A DNA stretch of 64,000 nt from the NCBI GenBank assembly GCA_036522655.1, contig DATDFK010000004.1, forward strand, positions 12,805-76,804. Reading direction: 5' to 3'. The stretch is from Pyrinomonadaceae bacterium. GTDB lineage: Bacteria > Acidobacteriota > Blastocatellia > Pyrinomonadales > Pyrinomonadaceae. This document shows positions 28,800 through 40,300 of this stretch, piece by piece. The stretch's first letter is position 1. Each line of letters opens with the position of its first letter. The position numbers and the translations under genes are program-made. The notes beneath the pieces were generated by a model, which had not been told where the DNA came from, did not search any database, and saw only the letters and a list, made by a program, of their open reading frames with translations.

Positions 28800-29084
28800 T
28801 CAGGCCGCGTCGCGTTTGTTCAGCCACCAGTACAGAGGCAGGCTGAATCCCAACCCGCCTAAAAAAGAGAGCGCCACGAACCAGTACCACCTGACCTTGC
28901 CGATCGGATTCCTGGCGAAATAATAGGCGAGCAGTCCCAAGACCATCACCGCATCGATGATGAATGCGAGCGCGAGCCTGTTCTGAGCGGCGCTCGCCAG
29001 CCCGTCGTACTCGTATATCAACCAGTACAGAAACAGTCCGTTTGGAACGACCAGGCCGAACAGGGCTATCAGTAGCAGCATCAT
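28800..29084 (-). CDS. Small multi-pass membrane protein
   Basis: ORF 28800..29291 trimmed to MMLLLIALFGLVV... Overlaps upstream gene stop, likely co-transcribed. Confidence 0.5.
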   Translation of the reverse strand: MMLLLIALFGLVVPNGLFLYWLIYEYDGLASAAQNRLALAFIIDAVMVLGLLAYYFARNPIGKVRWYWFVALSFLGGLGFSLPLYWWLNKRDAA

Positions 29085-29092
29085 TTTCTTTC

Positions 29093-29524
29093 CTACCTGC
29101 GAGTTTCGGTATAGACGAGCGCGAAAGCCATGACGGCGATCAGGAGACATAAAGGGGAAAAGAGCCAGGTGTCCCAGTAAGCGAACCGCGTCGCGCTCGC
29201 CCGCTTGAAGAACCCGACGAGCTTGAACTCTCCGACCGCCCGTAGAAAAAATAGAAGGGCGAGCACGCACGTGCCCCAACGGAAAATCCATTTTGGAATC
29301 GCTGCTGTGAGCAGCTCTGCCTGCCCGAGGACGGTAAACATCGCCAGCAGCAATGCTGCCGCGACGAGCAGGGTTCCGGCGGGCGACGGATTAAAAGTCT
29401 GCTTACCGCCCACGACGGGCACGGTCGCTCCGCTTCCCACGCGTCCGCCGAGCGCCCAGTAAATATGAAACAGGCTCAGCACGGCGAACACCGCCGCGAG
29501 TAACAGACCAAGGGCAGTTCTCAT
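29093..29524 (-). CDS. Membrane protein (DUF3995-like, four TM segments)
   Basis: Hydrophobic profile. HIYWALGG motif. Confidence 0.55.
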   Translation of the reverse strand: MRTALGLLLAAVFAVLSLFHIYWALGGRVGSGATVPVVGGKQTFNPSPAGTLLVAAALLLAMFTVLGQAELLTAAIPKWIFRWGTCVLALLFFLRAVGEFKLVGFFKRASATRFAYWDTWLFSPLCLLIAVMAFALVYTETRR

Positions 29525-29530
29525 AGCACC

Positions 29531-30721
29531 TCAACGTTTGGCCGGGACGAGGCTCTCAATTTTGGCTGCGAGGTCTTTGATGACCTGATCGGTCGCGTGC
29601 TCGTTCAGGTGCGAGTCTTCGGGGCCGACTATCTGCGGCTCGACCGTGACCGGAATGTCATAGCTCGTAAAACCCTGCGTCAGATAGTTGATGTTCGCAT
29701 TATACTGGCTCTCGGACGTTTTATAGTATTTGCCGTTCAGGACATGGACGACTTCGTCCGGGCCTGGCGGTTGGTCTTTACCGGCGTTCGGATTCTGGCT
29801 GGTCGTAAAGATGGCGAACTGCGCGCCGTGCGAAGCGGCGAGGCGTTGTATCTCTTGCAGGAGACTGCGTGTCAGGTCGAGCCCGTATTGCACTCTGGGG
29901 CTGCGCGGGGTGAGTTTCATCGCCCTGTCATTCTTGTCGGAATCGAAATTCTCGTAGTGCAGATAGCCGGGCAGCATATCCATGCGCTTCTGCCAGTCGT
30001 CCGACGCGGGCCCATCGTATCCGGTCATCGGGGAATACGGCGGAGGAAGAATAGAGCGCGCCCACTCCTTCTCCCTAGACCAGGGGAAGAACCTGCGCCA
30101 CAGGCGCACGAGCTTGAATCGTGAAGTCTCTCTGATGGGCTGGCCCGTCAATTCCGTCGGGCCGCGTAGCTGACCGTTCTCCAACCAGAACGTGGGCTTG
30201 GGCGTGCGGTCGTCGGGTGTGCTCGACGGGAAGGTGTTATTCCAGACATCATTGGCGGGCGTGAACCAGAGTATAACGAGGTCTGCGCGAAACTTCTGGT
30301 AATACTCCCTGAGCGATAATAGCTGCTGATCCTGTCCCGTCGCCGGGCCGCCCAGCGAGAAGACTTTGACCTTCCTTCCTGTGGAATTCAAATAAACCTG
30401 AAGCCTCTGTTCCGGCATCCAGCCATAAGCGCACGCCTTCGCCTCGACCTGCGAGTCTCCGACGAGCACGATCACGAAGTCGTCGTCGCCGTACTCTATC
30501 GGCTGGCCGCGAAACCCCAGTTGATGTCTCTCGGATTTGTAACTGTCAATGGTCTTCCAACCGCTGATGGTTGGCTTCGGGTAATTGGCGAGCTGGAGTA
30601 CGACTTCGATAAGAATGAGCGTGACACAAATACTGACCACCAGGATTAAAGCGTTGCTGAGCTTCTTATTCTTCAAGATTCTTTGCGCTCCTCTATAGCC
30701 ATTTGCAACTGGGTATAACAC
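29531..30721 (-). CDS. SGNH/GDSL-like hydrolase with N-terminal membrane anchor
   Basis: VLVGDSQV block. No ATG near 5-prime end, probable GTG/TTG start (alternative TTG around 30673 after AGAGGAG). 5-prime end abuts repeat B1. Confidence 0.55.
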   Translation of the reverse strand: MLYPVANGYRGAQRILKNKKLSNALILVVSICVTLILIEVVLQLANYPKPTISGWKTIDSYKSERHQLGFRGQPIEYGDDDFVIVLVGDSQVEAKACAYGWMPEQRLQVYLNSTGRKVKVFSLGGPATGQDQQLLSLREYYQKFRADLVILWFTPANDVWNNTFPSSTPDDRTPKPTFWLENGQLRGPTELTGQPIRETSRFKLVRLWRRFFPWSREKEWARSILPPPYSPMTGYDGPASDDWQKRMDMLPGYLHYENFDSDKNDRAMKLTPRSPRVQYGLDLTRSLLQEIQRLAASHGAQFAIFTTSQNPNAGKDQPPGPDEVVHVLNGKYYKTSESQYNANINYLTQGFTSYDIPVTVEPQIVGPEDSHLNEHATDQVIKDLAAKIESLVPAKR

Positions 30722-30807
30722 AGGTCAGTACCGCCTGAGGTCTCGGGCGGGTGTGCTACGTTAAGAGACCCGCCCGAGACCTTTGGCGGTACTGACCTAT
30801 TGTCGCA
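30722..30807. repeat. Family B palindromic repeat, copy 1
   Basis: GGTCAGTACCGCCTGAGGTCTCGGGCGGGT-loop-ACCCGCCCGAGACCTTTGGCGGTACTGACC, immediately downstream of flotillin gene. Confidence 0.75.
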
Positions 30808-30902
30808 CTTTGTCGCACTCGATTGAGCACCACTATAAAACCGTTGACGGCTGCCCGCCATCGAGCAGCCGTCAACGGTTTTGAAGCGTTGGCCGTCGGG
30901 TC

Positions 30903-33098
30903 TTACTTGGCGGGCGCTTTCGAGCCGTTTTCGGTCGGCGCGTTGAGCTTGTCTTTGAAGAGGTTCAGGAGCAGGAGCGTGCCCAGGTTGCTCCCGCCGT
31001 CGCCGCTTCCGCCCGACGCCATCACGTCCGGCGTGATGCGGACGTTCTTTTCGCCGATCACTTTCAGCGTCTCGACCAGGGCGACGCCCTGTGCGCCGAG
31101 CGCGTCAACCTGCTCGTGATAGGCGACACCCTGCGCTTCACCCATGAGTCGTACTTTCTCGGCTTCGGCCTTGCCGGTGGCGAGGATGTAGTGTGCCTCG
31201 CCGTCGGCTTCGGCCTTGCGCTGCTCGCTGCGTTTACCGGCGATCTCGACGCCGACGGTGGCCGCCATCAGGTCGCGCTGGTTATCGGCGTGAGCCTTCG
31301 TGCGCTCAAGCTGGATGCGTTTCTCTTCGGCCTCGCGCTGCGCGTCGAACATGCTCTGGCGCTGTTCCGCGAGAATCTTCTCGGTCTGCGTCTTCATCAA
31401 CTCTTCGGGCAGATGAATGTGGCAGATGAGGACGTTGACGACATCGACGTGATACTTCAGTAGGTGAGCGCGCACGCGCGCTTCGGCCCGCTCCTGTTCC
31501 TCGTGACGATTCTGCAAGTAGGCCATCGCGGAAGACTCCGACGCCTGGTTGCGGAAGATGGAGTCGATCAGCGGGTGCATCACGTTTTGAATCAGCTTAT
31601 CGATCGAGCCGATCTTGGCGACCATGAAGGGCGCGTCTTCCGGCTTGACGCGAAAGACGACGCGCACTTCCAGTTGCATCGTGAAGCCGTCTTTGGAGAT
31701 GACCTCGAAGGGGTCGAACGTGTTGGCCACTTCGCCCGCCGTCCATTCGACCGTCTGATTAGTGGTCGGGATAACGATGGGCGTGATCGCCAGCGTGTTG
31801 ACGTAGTAGCGACCGGGGCCGACGACCGTCTCCCTGATGCCGCGATAACCTTCGGGCACGACGTAGGCTTCGTGCGCGCCTTCGTCCAGACGACGATCGG
31901 CCGGGTCGCCGGACATCAAGTCCTGTTGAATCTCCGCGACGGTGCGATCTTCGTCCGCGAGCTTGTCCAGGCGCTCCGCCGCCTGCGTCAATTGCTCGGA
32001 CTCTTCGCGCTCAAGGCGCTGGCGCACCTTCGCCGCCATCTCGCGGCGCACTTCATCCGAAGGGTCTTTGCCGACGTTGGAGACGATGACGGCGACCTCG
32101 CCCGGTTTCACTTCCTTCGCCGTCTCAAGAATGACTTTGAAGAGCAGCGGGTTGATGTAGTAGGTTCCGGGCAGGAGGATGTCTTTCTGTGGCCCGCGCT
32201 GGCCACCGCGCCCTATGAACTCGTGGCCGTCCTGAAAATTGTCGTGCCCTTCGACGGGCGTGGCGACGTAATCGCGCGGGTCAAGCGGCGAGCCGTCGAG
32301 GGCTTCGACGAGCCCGATCTGATTCTCGCTGATCACGGTCGCGTCGTAGAGGCGGACGGTGAAGAGACCGTTCTTGACCTGATTGTTGTTCGCGATGTCA
32401 ACGGAATTGGTCAGGATGCGATAGGTTCCGGGCGTGAGTATGTCGACCTGCGGCCCCTTCTGCCCGCCGTTGGCGATGAACTGCTCGGCGTCCTGATAGT
32501 TGCGGTGATTATCTATGGCCTTGCCGAGCAGGCGTCCGGCGTCCAACTGCGCGCCGTCAGCCGCCGTCACCACTCCTATCTTGCCTTGCGGGATGACGGT
32601 CGTTTTGGTGACGGAGATGCGGAACAGGTAAGGGTGAATCGGCCACAGCCCCGGCGGCAGCGTACGCATCTGTATGCCCTTGACGCCGCCCTGCTTGATG
32701 AAAGCGATCGGGTCTTGGAAATTGTTGTGCGCGTTCTGCGCGCGGTCTGTGGCGAAGATGCGTCCCGGCGGCATCGGCTCGCCGTCCACCGCTTCGATGA
32801 CGCCCATCTCGTCCGCGCCGATCTCGATCAGCGGAACTTTATGGACGACGCGCTCAAAGGGATATTTGATCAGGTGCAGGCCGGGCTTCAGGACATCCGC
32901 CTGAATGCCGACTTCGCCCTCTGTCGCGACGACGCGTCCCGGAGGCATCTTGCGCCCGAGGTAACGCCGCTCCTTGATCGCTATCTCTTTCGCGCCGACG
33001 TTAACCAGTATGCGGCGCAGGATGACGACGAGCACGATGAACAGTACGAACCCGATGATGAACACCGGAGCCAACGACCACATGTCAATGTTGTTCAT
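30903..33098 (-). CDS. Flotillin / SPFH (band 7) family membrane protein
   Basis: N-terminal TM. SPFH core and long coiled-coil flotillin C-region (EAEEKRIQLERTKAHADNQRD..AEADGEAHYILATGKAEAEK). Confidence 0.85.
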   Translation of the reverse strand: MNNIDMWSLAPVFIIGFVLFIVLVVILRRILVNVGAKEIAIKERRYLGRKMPPGRVVATEGEVGIQADVLKPGLHLIKYPFERVVHKVPLIEIGADEMGVIEAVDGEPMPPGRIFATDRAQNAHNNFQDPIAFIKQGGVKGIQMRTLPPGLWPIHPYLFRISVTKTTVIPQGKIGVVTAADGAQLDAGRLLGKAIDNHRNYQDAEQFIANGGQKGPQVDILTPGTYRILTNSVDIANNNQVKNGLFTVRLYDATVISENQIGLVEALDGSPLDPRDYVATPVEGHDNFQDGHEFIGRGGQRGPQKDILLPGTYYINPLLFKVILETAKEVKPGEVAVIVSNVGKDPSDEVRREMAAKVRQRLEREESEQLTQAAERLDKLADEDRTVAEIQQDLMSGDPADRRLDEGAHEAYVVPEGYRGIRETVVGPGRYYVNTLAITPIVIPTTNQTVEWTAGEVANTFDPFEVISKDGFTMQLEVRVVFRVKPEDAPFMVAKIGSIDKLIQNVMHPLIDSIFRNQASESSAMAYLQNRHEEQERAEARVRAHLLKYHVDVVNVLICHIHLPEELMKTQTEKILAEQRQSMFDAQREAEEKRIQLERTKAHADNQRDLMAATVGVEIAGKRSEQRKAEADGEAHYILATGKAEAEKVRLMGEAQGVAYHEQVDALGAQGVALVETLKVIGEKNVRITPDVMASGGSGDGGSNLGTLLLLNLFKDKLNAPTENGSKAPAK

Positions 33099-33149
33099 GA
33101 CTTAAAGTCCTCAAGTCTTGGGAAAGACGGTTATGGGGAGACCTTTGCC

Positions 33150-33917
33150 TCATCGAGTTGATTTCGATGAGGCTTTCAAAAGCTGAAGCCTGAGGCTCGC
33201 CAGCTTTTGCTTTAAGACGAAACCTGCGCCCGAGTTTCTGCTCTCGCCGGAGAGCACCCAGTATTCGCCGTCAAACAGCGCGCGCAGTTCTTCGGCAGAG
33301 ATGTCTGGTAACTGTCCGCTTTGCCAGCATGCGAAGGCCGCCTCGACTGCGCTTTGATAGACGGGCGCACTATCTGCTGTTGCCGAGACGTGCAGGGCGA
33401 TGGCCGCCGTGCGGCTCTTCTCGGGCGACGCCTTCCATGCGTCCAGAAATTTCAAGGCCAAAGCGGCATTAACGCGAAGGGGGCGCTCGCTCCGCTCTAT
33501 GTAGGAAACGAGCGCGACTAATTTCTGATAGCTGTCGGCGCGCTCGGCCAGCGCGTCGAGCACCGCGTCGTACAGGGCCGCGTCGTCGGCAGCATCCTGA
33601 AGAGCCGACCTGTCACCCTCGGCGGCGCGTCCGAGCAAAGCCTCGCGCCGCGAGGCAGCATGCCTCTCAGCCTCTTTCAATCTTTCGCGGGCGTCTGCGT
33701 CTGAATCATCCTCACCGAAGAGGCCATGAGCGTGGGGCGGTGGTGGTAAAGCGCGTCCCTCGCTTTCGCCGGACGAAGCCCTCTGCTGGCGATAAATAGC
33801 GTAAGAAATTGCAGCAAGTAGAAGAAACGAGGTGATGAGAACGGTGACCATTTTGGCCTTGAACGCCTGTGCGATGGCTTTCCAAGTTGGCCGCACTTCT
33901 GCCGGGCGTCCACCCAA
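33150..33917 (-). CDS. Membrane-anchored hypothetical protein upstream of flotillin (probable operon partner)
   Basis: Single N-terminal TM (VTVLITSFLLLAAISYAIY), alternative start Met at 33851. Ala/Glu-rich helical remainder. Confidence 0.5.
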   Translation of the reverse strand: MGGRPAEVRPTWKAIAQAFKAKMVTVLITSFLLLAAISYAIYRQQRASSGESEGRALPPPPHAHGLFGEDDSDADARERLKEAERHAASRREALLGRAAEGDRSALQDAADDAALYDAVLDALAERADSYQKLVALVSYIERSERPLRVNAALALKFLDAWKASPEKSRTAAIALHVSATADSAPVYQSAVEAAFACWQSGQLPDISAEELRALFDGEYWVLSGESRNSGAGFVLKQKLASLRLQLLKASSKSTR

Positions 33918-33975
33918 AACTCATTATACGACAACCCCGCCCCGAATGTTTAGTTTTCCGAGGCGACGAAACACG

Positions 33976-34048
33976 TCAGTACCGCCAAAGGTCTCGGGCG
34001 GGTTTCTCAACGTTACATACCCGCCCGAGACCACAGGCTGTACTGACC
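33976..34048. repeat. Family B palindromic repeat, copy 2
   Basis: GTCAGTACCGCCAAAGGTCTCGGGCGGGT-loop-ACCCGCCCGAGACCACAGGCTGTACTGAC, 6 nt downstream of M14 peptidase stop. Confidence 0.75.
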
Positions 34049-34053
34049 TAATT

Positions 34054-36432
34054 CTATTTTGCCTGCGTGATGGCATTGAAGAGCAGCGGATAGGTGGCGA
34101 GGGACTGGGCCCTGTATTGCGGGCGGAAGCCGAAGAGATAGACGCGCCCGCGCCCGAGTCCGACTTCCATGAGCGCCGCTTTGCCCTGAATGCGAGCCGC
34201 TCCGAGCAGCCAGCCGGAGAGCAGCGGGTCTGCGTTTGACGGGTAGCGCGCGATGATGCGAACGCGTGAGAGCGCCGCCGGGTCGCTCCTGATCTCGAAG
34301 ACTGGCGAGTCCTCGGCCCAGGCGATTGACTGCTTCGGCATTCCGTTCGCTAAAGGATGCGAAGTATCAAGCTCTATGCGCAGGATTGAGCCGGGGACGT
34401 AAAATTCCGTCTCCTTCAATCCTGCGGTCACGTCGCGGACGGGCAGCTTCAGTTGCTCGATGGCAAAATCCGAGGCTCTATTCAGACAGATCAGCGTCCC
34501 GCCCTCTTCGGCGAACTCGCGCAAGCTACGCACGCCCTCTGCGCCGAGCCCTCCGGTCAATTCCTGTGGCATCGTGCCCGACGGGTAACCGTTCAGGATG
34601 GAGCGCGGCGATTGATCAGGGATGATGATCGCGTCGTATTTCGCGTGCAGGTTTCCGGCGCGCAGTTCTTTATCCTCAAGCGACGCACAGGTGAAAGGCC
34701 CACGGTTTTCCAGAATCCATCGCGTCCACCCTTCGTCGATGGATGGGACGTGGGATTGATAGAGCGCGCAGCGGCCTACCTTGCGCGGCGCTGCTGTCAG
34801 GGTCGTGCTGATGTAATGCCTGTTGACCGGATAGAGCCTGCCACGGAGAGGAGAATAGACGGCACGCGCCTCGACTCCCATGAGCAGCGACAAGGTGTGA
34901 GCCGTGACATCATAAGGCGGGATGGGATGCCCGTCCTGATCGCGCAAGTCCGGGTAGTGCTGCTTCTCAAGCAGCGCTTTGGCGAAGCTGGCGTAAGGCT
35001 GATCCATGCGGACGAAATGAAGCGGCGCGTCGGTGGCATCGCTCTCTTTGCCCGTCGGCGAGTGATAGGCCGATAAGACCTCGACGCCTCCGCGCTGCAA
35101 TATCCTGATCAGCTCGCGTGAGTTTTCCGAGGGCTGAATGGTGAAGCCCAAAAGCTCTCCCTTCCTGCGAGGCCGCACGGCCTCTTTGCCGATCTCATAA
35201 AATCTTTGCAGCCAACGCGCTCGATTCGCGGCGGCGTGACGCATGAGAGAGAAGGCTGCCGCAGTCATGTAGTTGGTGATGTCGCGCAAGCGCCAGGGGC
35301 CTCCGCTCCAGACCGGGCCGAAGTTGGCGGACTCTTTCTGCGGGTCGTAGCCTTCGCGCGAGCGTAGCTCTTCAAACTTGATCGTGACGGGCGTGGCGAT
35401 TCGCGCCGAGGCCGTCTCGGAGAGAATGCGTACGCCGCCGTGATAGTGAGAGTAGGCGCGCGCGGGCGTCCAGGCGTCGTAGGTGGAATCGGTCGTGATG
35501 CCCTGAAATCCTGCGGCGCGAAGCTCGCGCGCCATGCTGTTGCCAAGCTCCGTATACCCTTCGACAAGTTGGCGCGCAACGTTGGGCTCGACCGGCTGCA
35601 TGTAGGGCGGGAGGAAAAGTCTTGAGCCGAACTGGCCCTGCTGGTGTATGTCGTGGACGATCTGCGGATGCCAGACGTTGTGAATCTTATCGACGGTGAT
35701 CTGCGTCTCCTGTTGCGTGAAGGCGTACCAGTCGCGGTTGTCGTCGTGGCCCACGTACTTGTGATAGAGCACGGGCGGGTCTGTGCCTTCGTAAGGAGTG
35801 CCGAGCGTGCGGTCGTACCAGTTCTTGACTATATCAACGCCGTCCGGGTTCAGAGACGGGACGAGCAGGACGATGGTGTTACGCAGAATCTCGCGCACTT
35901 CCGGCTCATCCGAAGAGGCGAGGCGGTGCGCGATCAGCATGCTCGAAAGATAAGAGCCGACCTCCGTGGAATGAACGCCGCAGGTGATCAGGACGATCGT
36001 CTTGCCGCGCGCGATGAGACGTGCGGCCTTGCGGTCTGCGCCCGCGCCGAGCGTGCGCGGGTCTGCCAACTGCGCTTGAATCCTTCTGTATTCATCGAGG
36101 CGCGCGAGGTTCTCAGGCGCGCTGATGGTCGCCAGCACAAACGGCGCGCCCATAGTCGTACGGCCCAGCTCCTCGAACATCAAGCGGTCGCTCGCCGCGT
36201 CCAACCGGCGGAAGTATTCGATCACGCTCGCCCAGCTTGCCAGTTTCCTATCGTCGCCCGGACTAAACCCGAGCACGTCTTCGGGCGCGGGCACGCTCGC
36301 GTGTAAAGCGGCAAGCGCCGCGACACGACGCTCTCCCGCAACACGAGGGCGCTGCGCTACAGCCTGAGAAGTTGTGAAAGAGAAGAAGAGAAGGACTGTG
36401 AGAAGCGAAGCCGCAATGGCCCGTGTGCTCAT
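34054..36432 (-). CDS. Secreted M14-family zinc carboxypeptidase with additional C-terminal domains
   Basis: Signal peptide. Zinc-binding HSTE (CGVHSTEVGS). Carboxypeptidase-like core. Confidence 0.8.
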   Translation of the reverse strand: MSTRAIAASLLTVLLFFSFTTSQAVAQRPRVAGERRVAALAALHASVPAPEDVLGFSPGDDRKLASWASVIEYFRRLDAASDRLMFEELGRTTMGAPFVLATISAPENLARLDEYRRIQAQLADPRTLGAGADRKAARLIARGKTIVLITCGVHSTEVGSYLSSMLIAHRLASSDEPEVREILRNTIVLLVPSLNPDGVDIVKNWYDRTLGTPYEGTDPPVLYHKYVGHDDNRDWYAFTQQETQITVDKIHNVWHPQIVHDIHQQGQFGSRLFLPPYMQPVEPNVARQLVEGYTELGNSMARELRAAGFQGITTDSTYDAWTPARAYSHYHGGVRILSETASARIATPVTIKFEELRSREGYDPQKESANFGPVWSGGPWRLRDITNYMTAAAFSLMRHAAANRARWLQRFYEIGKEAVRPRRKGELLGFTIQPSENSRELIRILQRGGVEVLSAYHSPTGKESDATDAPLHFVRMDQPYASFAKALLEKQHYPDLRDQDGHPIPPYDVTAHTLSLLMGVEARAVYSPLRGRLYPVNRHYISTTLTAAPRKVGRCALYQSHVPSIDEGWTRWILENRGPFTCASLEDKELRAGNLHAKYDAIIIPDQSPRSILNGYPSGTMPQELTGGLGAEGVRSLREFAEEGGTLICLNRASDFAIEQLKLPVRDVTAGLKETEFYVPGSILRIELDTSHPLANGMPKQSIAWAEDSPVFEIRSDPAALSRVRIIARYPSNADPLLSGWLLGAARIQGKAALMEVGLGRGRVYLFGFRPQYRAQSLATYPLLFNAITQAK

Positions 36433-36506
36433 TCGTGTCGAAGCTCCGATACCTTAAAGTGAAAGGGGAATGCCAGTGAAGTGTAATCGAAACCGGAGTG
36501 AGGGGA

Positions 36507-36601
36507 AAGGAAGGATGAAGGATGAAGGATGAAGGATGAAGTTAAAGCATTCAAGACACGGAAGCATTTCTTTCATCCTTCATCCTTCCGCCTTCATCCT
36601 T
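36507..36601. repeat. Family A palindromic repeat, copy 2 (core in inverted orientation)
   Basis: (GGATGAA)x4-GTTAAAGCATTCAAGACACGGAAGCATTTCTTTC-(TTCATCC)-type arm, in divergent intergenic region. Confidence 0.75.
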
Positions 36602-36691
36602 GCTCTTCGGCGTCCGGGCGCGGTAAAGTATTGGCCGATAAACCCCACGCGCTCCCCAATCTGAGAAAAACTGTCGGAGGTCAGAGGTCTG

Positions 36692-39292
<2,601 letters not shown>

Positions 39293-39460
39293 AAAGCGGG
39301 CCGTCGCTGCCTCTCGTCAAATTTTTCAGGGGCAGTGACGGCAACGTTTCCGGCTCTTCCACCCTCTATATCTCAAGGCGGCGGCGCGGGGCAGAAGGAA
39401 AAGCCCGCGCCGCCCGCGCCGCGCTCACGCCGATTCACACTCTGAAGGAATAGATCATTG

Positions 39461-40294
39461 ATGACTACTCGCACTTTTCGCCGCCCTGCGCCCGGCGCTC
39501 TGGCTTTGATTTACGTACTGCTCGTCGGCCTGTTGACAGCCGGAGAAGCCGCCGCCGCCGCTACGACCGCTGCTGCTGCTGCACTCGCCGCCCCGGCGCA
39601 GAGCAATGCGACGCCGACGCAGACCGTCATCGAGTTCTACAGGCAGCTTCGCCAGAAACATTTCCGCGAGGCGTTCGCGCTCTCCATCTACAAGCCTGCG
39701 ATCGAGGGCCTCAGCGCCGAAGAGTTCGCCGACCTCCAGTCCGACTTTGAAAAGATGGCGACGGGCGTGCCCGAAAATGTCCAGATCAGCGGCGAGCAGA
39801 TCAGCGGCGACACGGCGACCGTGTTCGTTAAAGTCAACAACGACGACGCAGCGGCCCGGCAACAGGACGACTCCGTTATGCTCATGCGCAAGGGCAACGG
39901 CTGGATTATCGGCGATAAGGAGAACGAAGCGATCGTCAAACGCAGCGGCAAGGATTTCTTCTTCACCGCGCGCATCCAGACGCACCATTCGGAAGTGCAA
40001 AGCATGTTGCAGCGCATCAGCGTCGCGCAACTGGTCTACAGCCAGCAGCACAACGGCATGTTCGGAGACCTGCGCGCGCTCATCAATGCCGGGCTCATTC
40101 CGAAAGACCTCGAATCGACCGAATCAACCGGCTATCGCTTTCACGTCACAGTCAGTTCCGACGCCAAGAGCTTCACGGCCGGAGCCGAGCCCGCGCGCTA
40201 CAATCGCACGGGCCGCCTCTCCTTCTTCCTTGATAAAACCGGAGTCAGGAGCGCAGACAACGGCGGCAAGCCGCTTTCGCCCGCCACGAAATAG
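39461..40294 (+). CDS. Secreted hypothetical protein
   Basis: Signal peptide with Ala/Thr-rich linker. No recognisable catalytic motif. Confidence 0.5.
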   Translation: MTTRTFRRPAPGALALIYVLLVGLLTAGEAAAAATTAAAAALAAPAQSNATPTQTVIEFYRQLRQKHFREAFALSIYKPAIEGLSAEEFADLQSDFEKMATGVPENVQISGEQISGDTATVFVKVNNDDAAARQQDDSVMLMRKGNGWIIGDKENEAIVKRSGKDFFFTARIQTHHSEVQSMLQRISVAQLVYSQQHNGMFGDLRALINAGLIPKDLESTESTGYRFHVTVSSDAKSFTAGAEPARYNRTGRLSFFLDKTGVRSADNGGKPLSPATK

Positions 40295-40300
40295 GGATCG

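Noticed and set aside
31464-33161. 565-aa plus-strand ORF and 31116..31463 ORF
   Set aside because: Antisense to the flotillin gene, which has clear SPFH/flotillin motifs. Arg/Asp-rich junk composition.
30673-34239. Short ORFs 30673..30861 (-), 33832..34239 (+), 33677..33934 (-) with recurring VPPKVSGG..PPET.G.TDL peptides
   Set aside because: They are translations of the family-B palindromic repeats, not genes.
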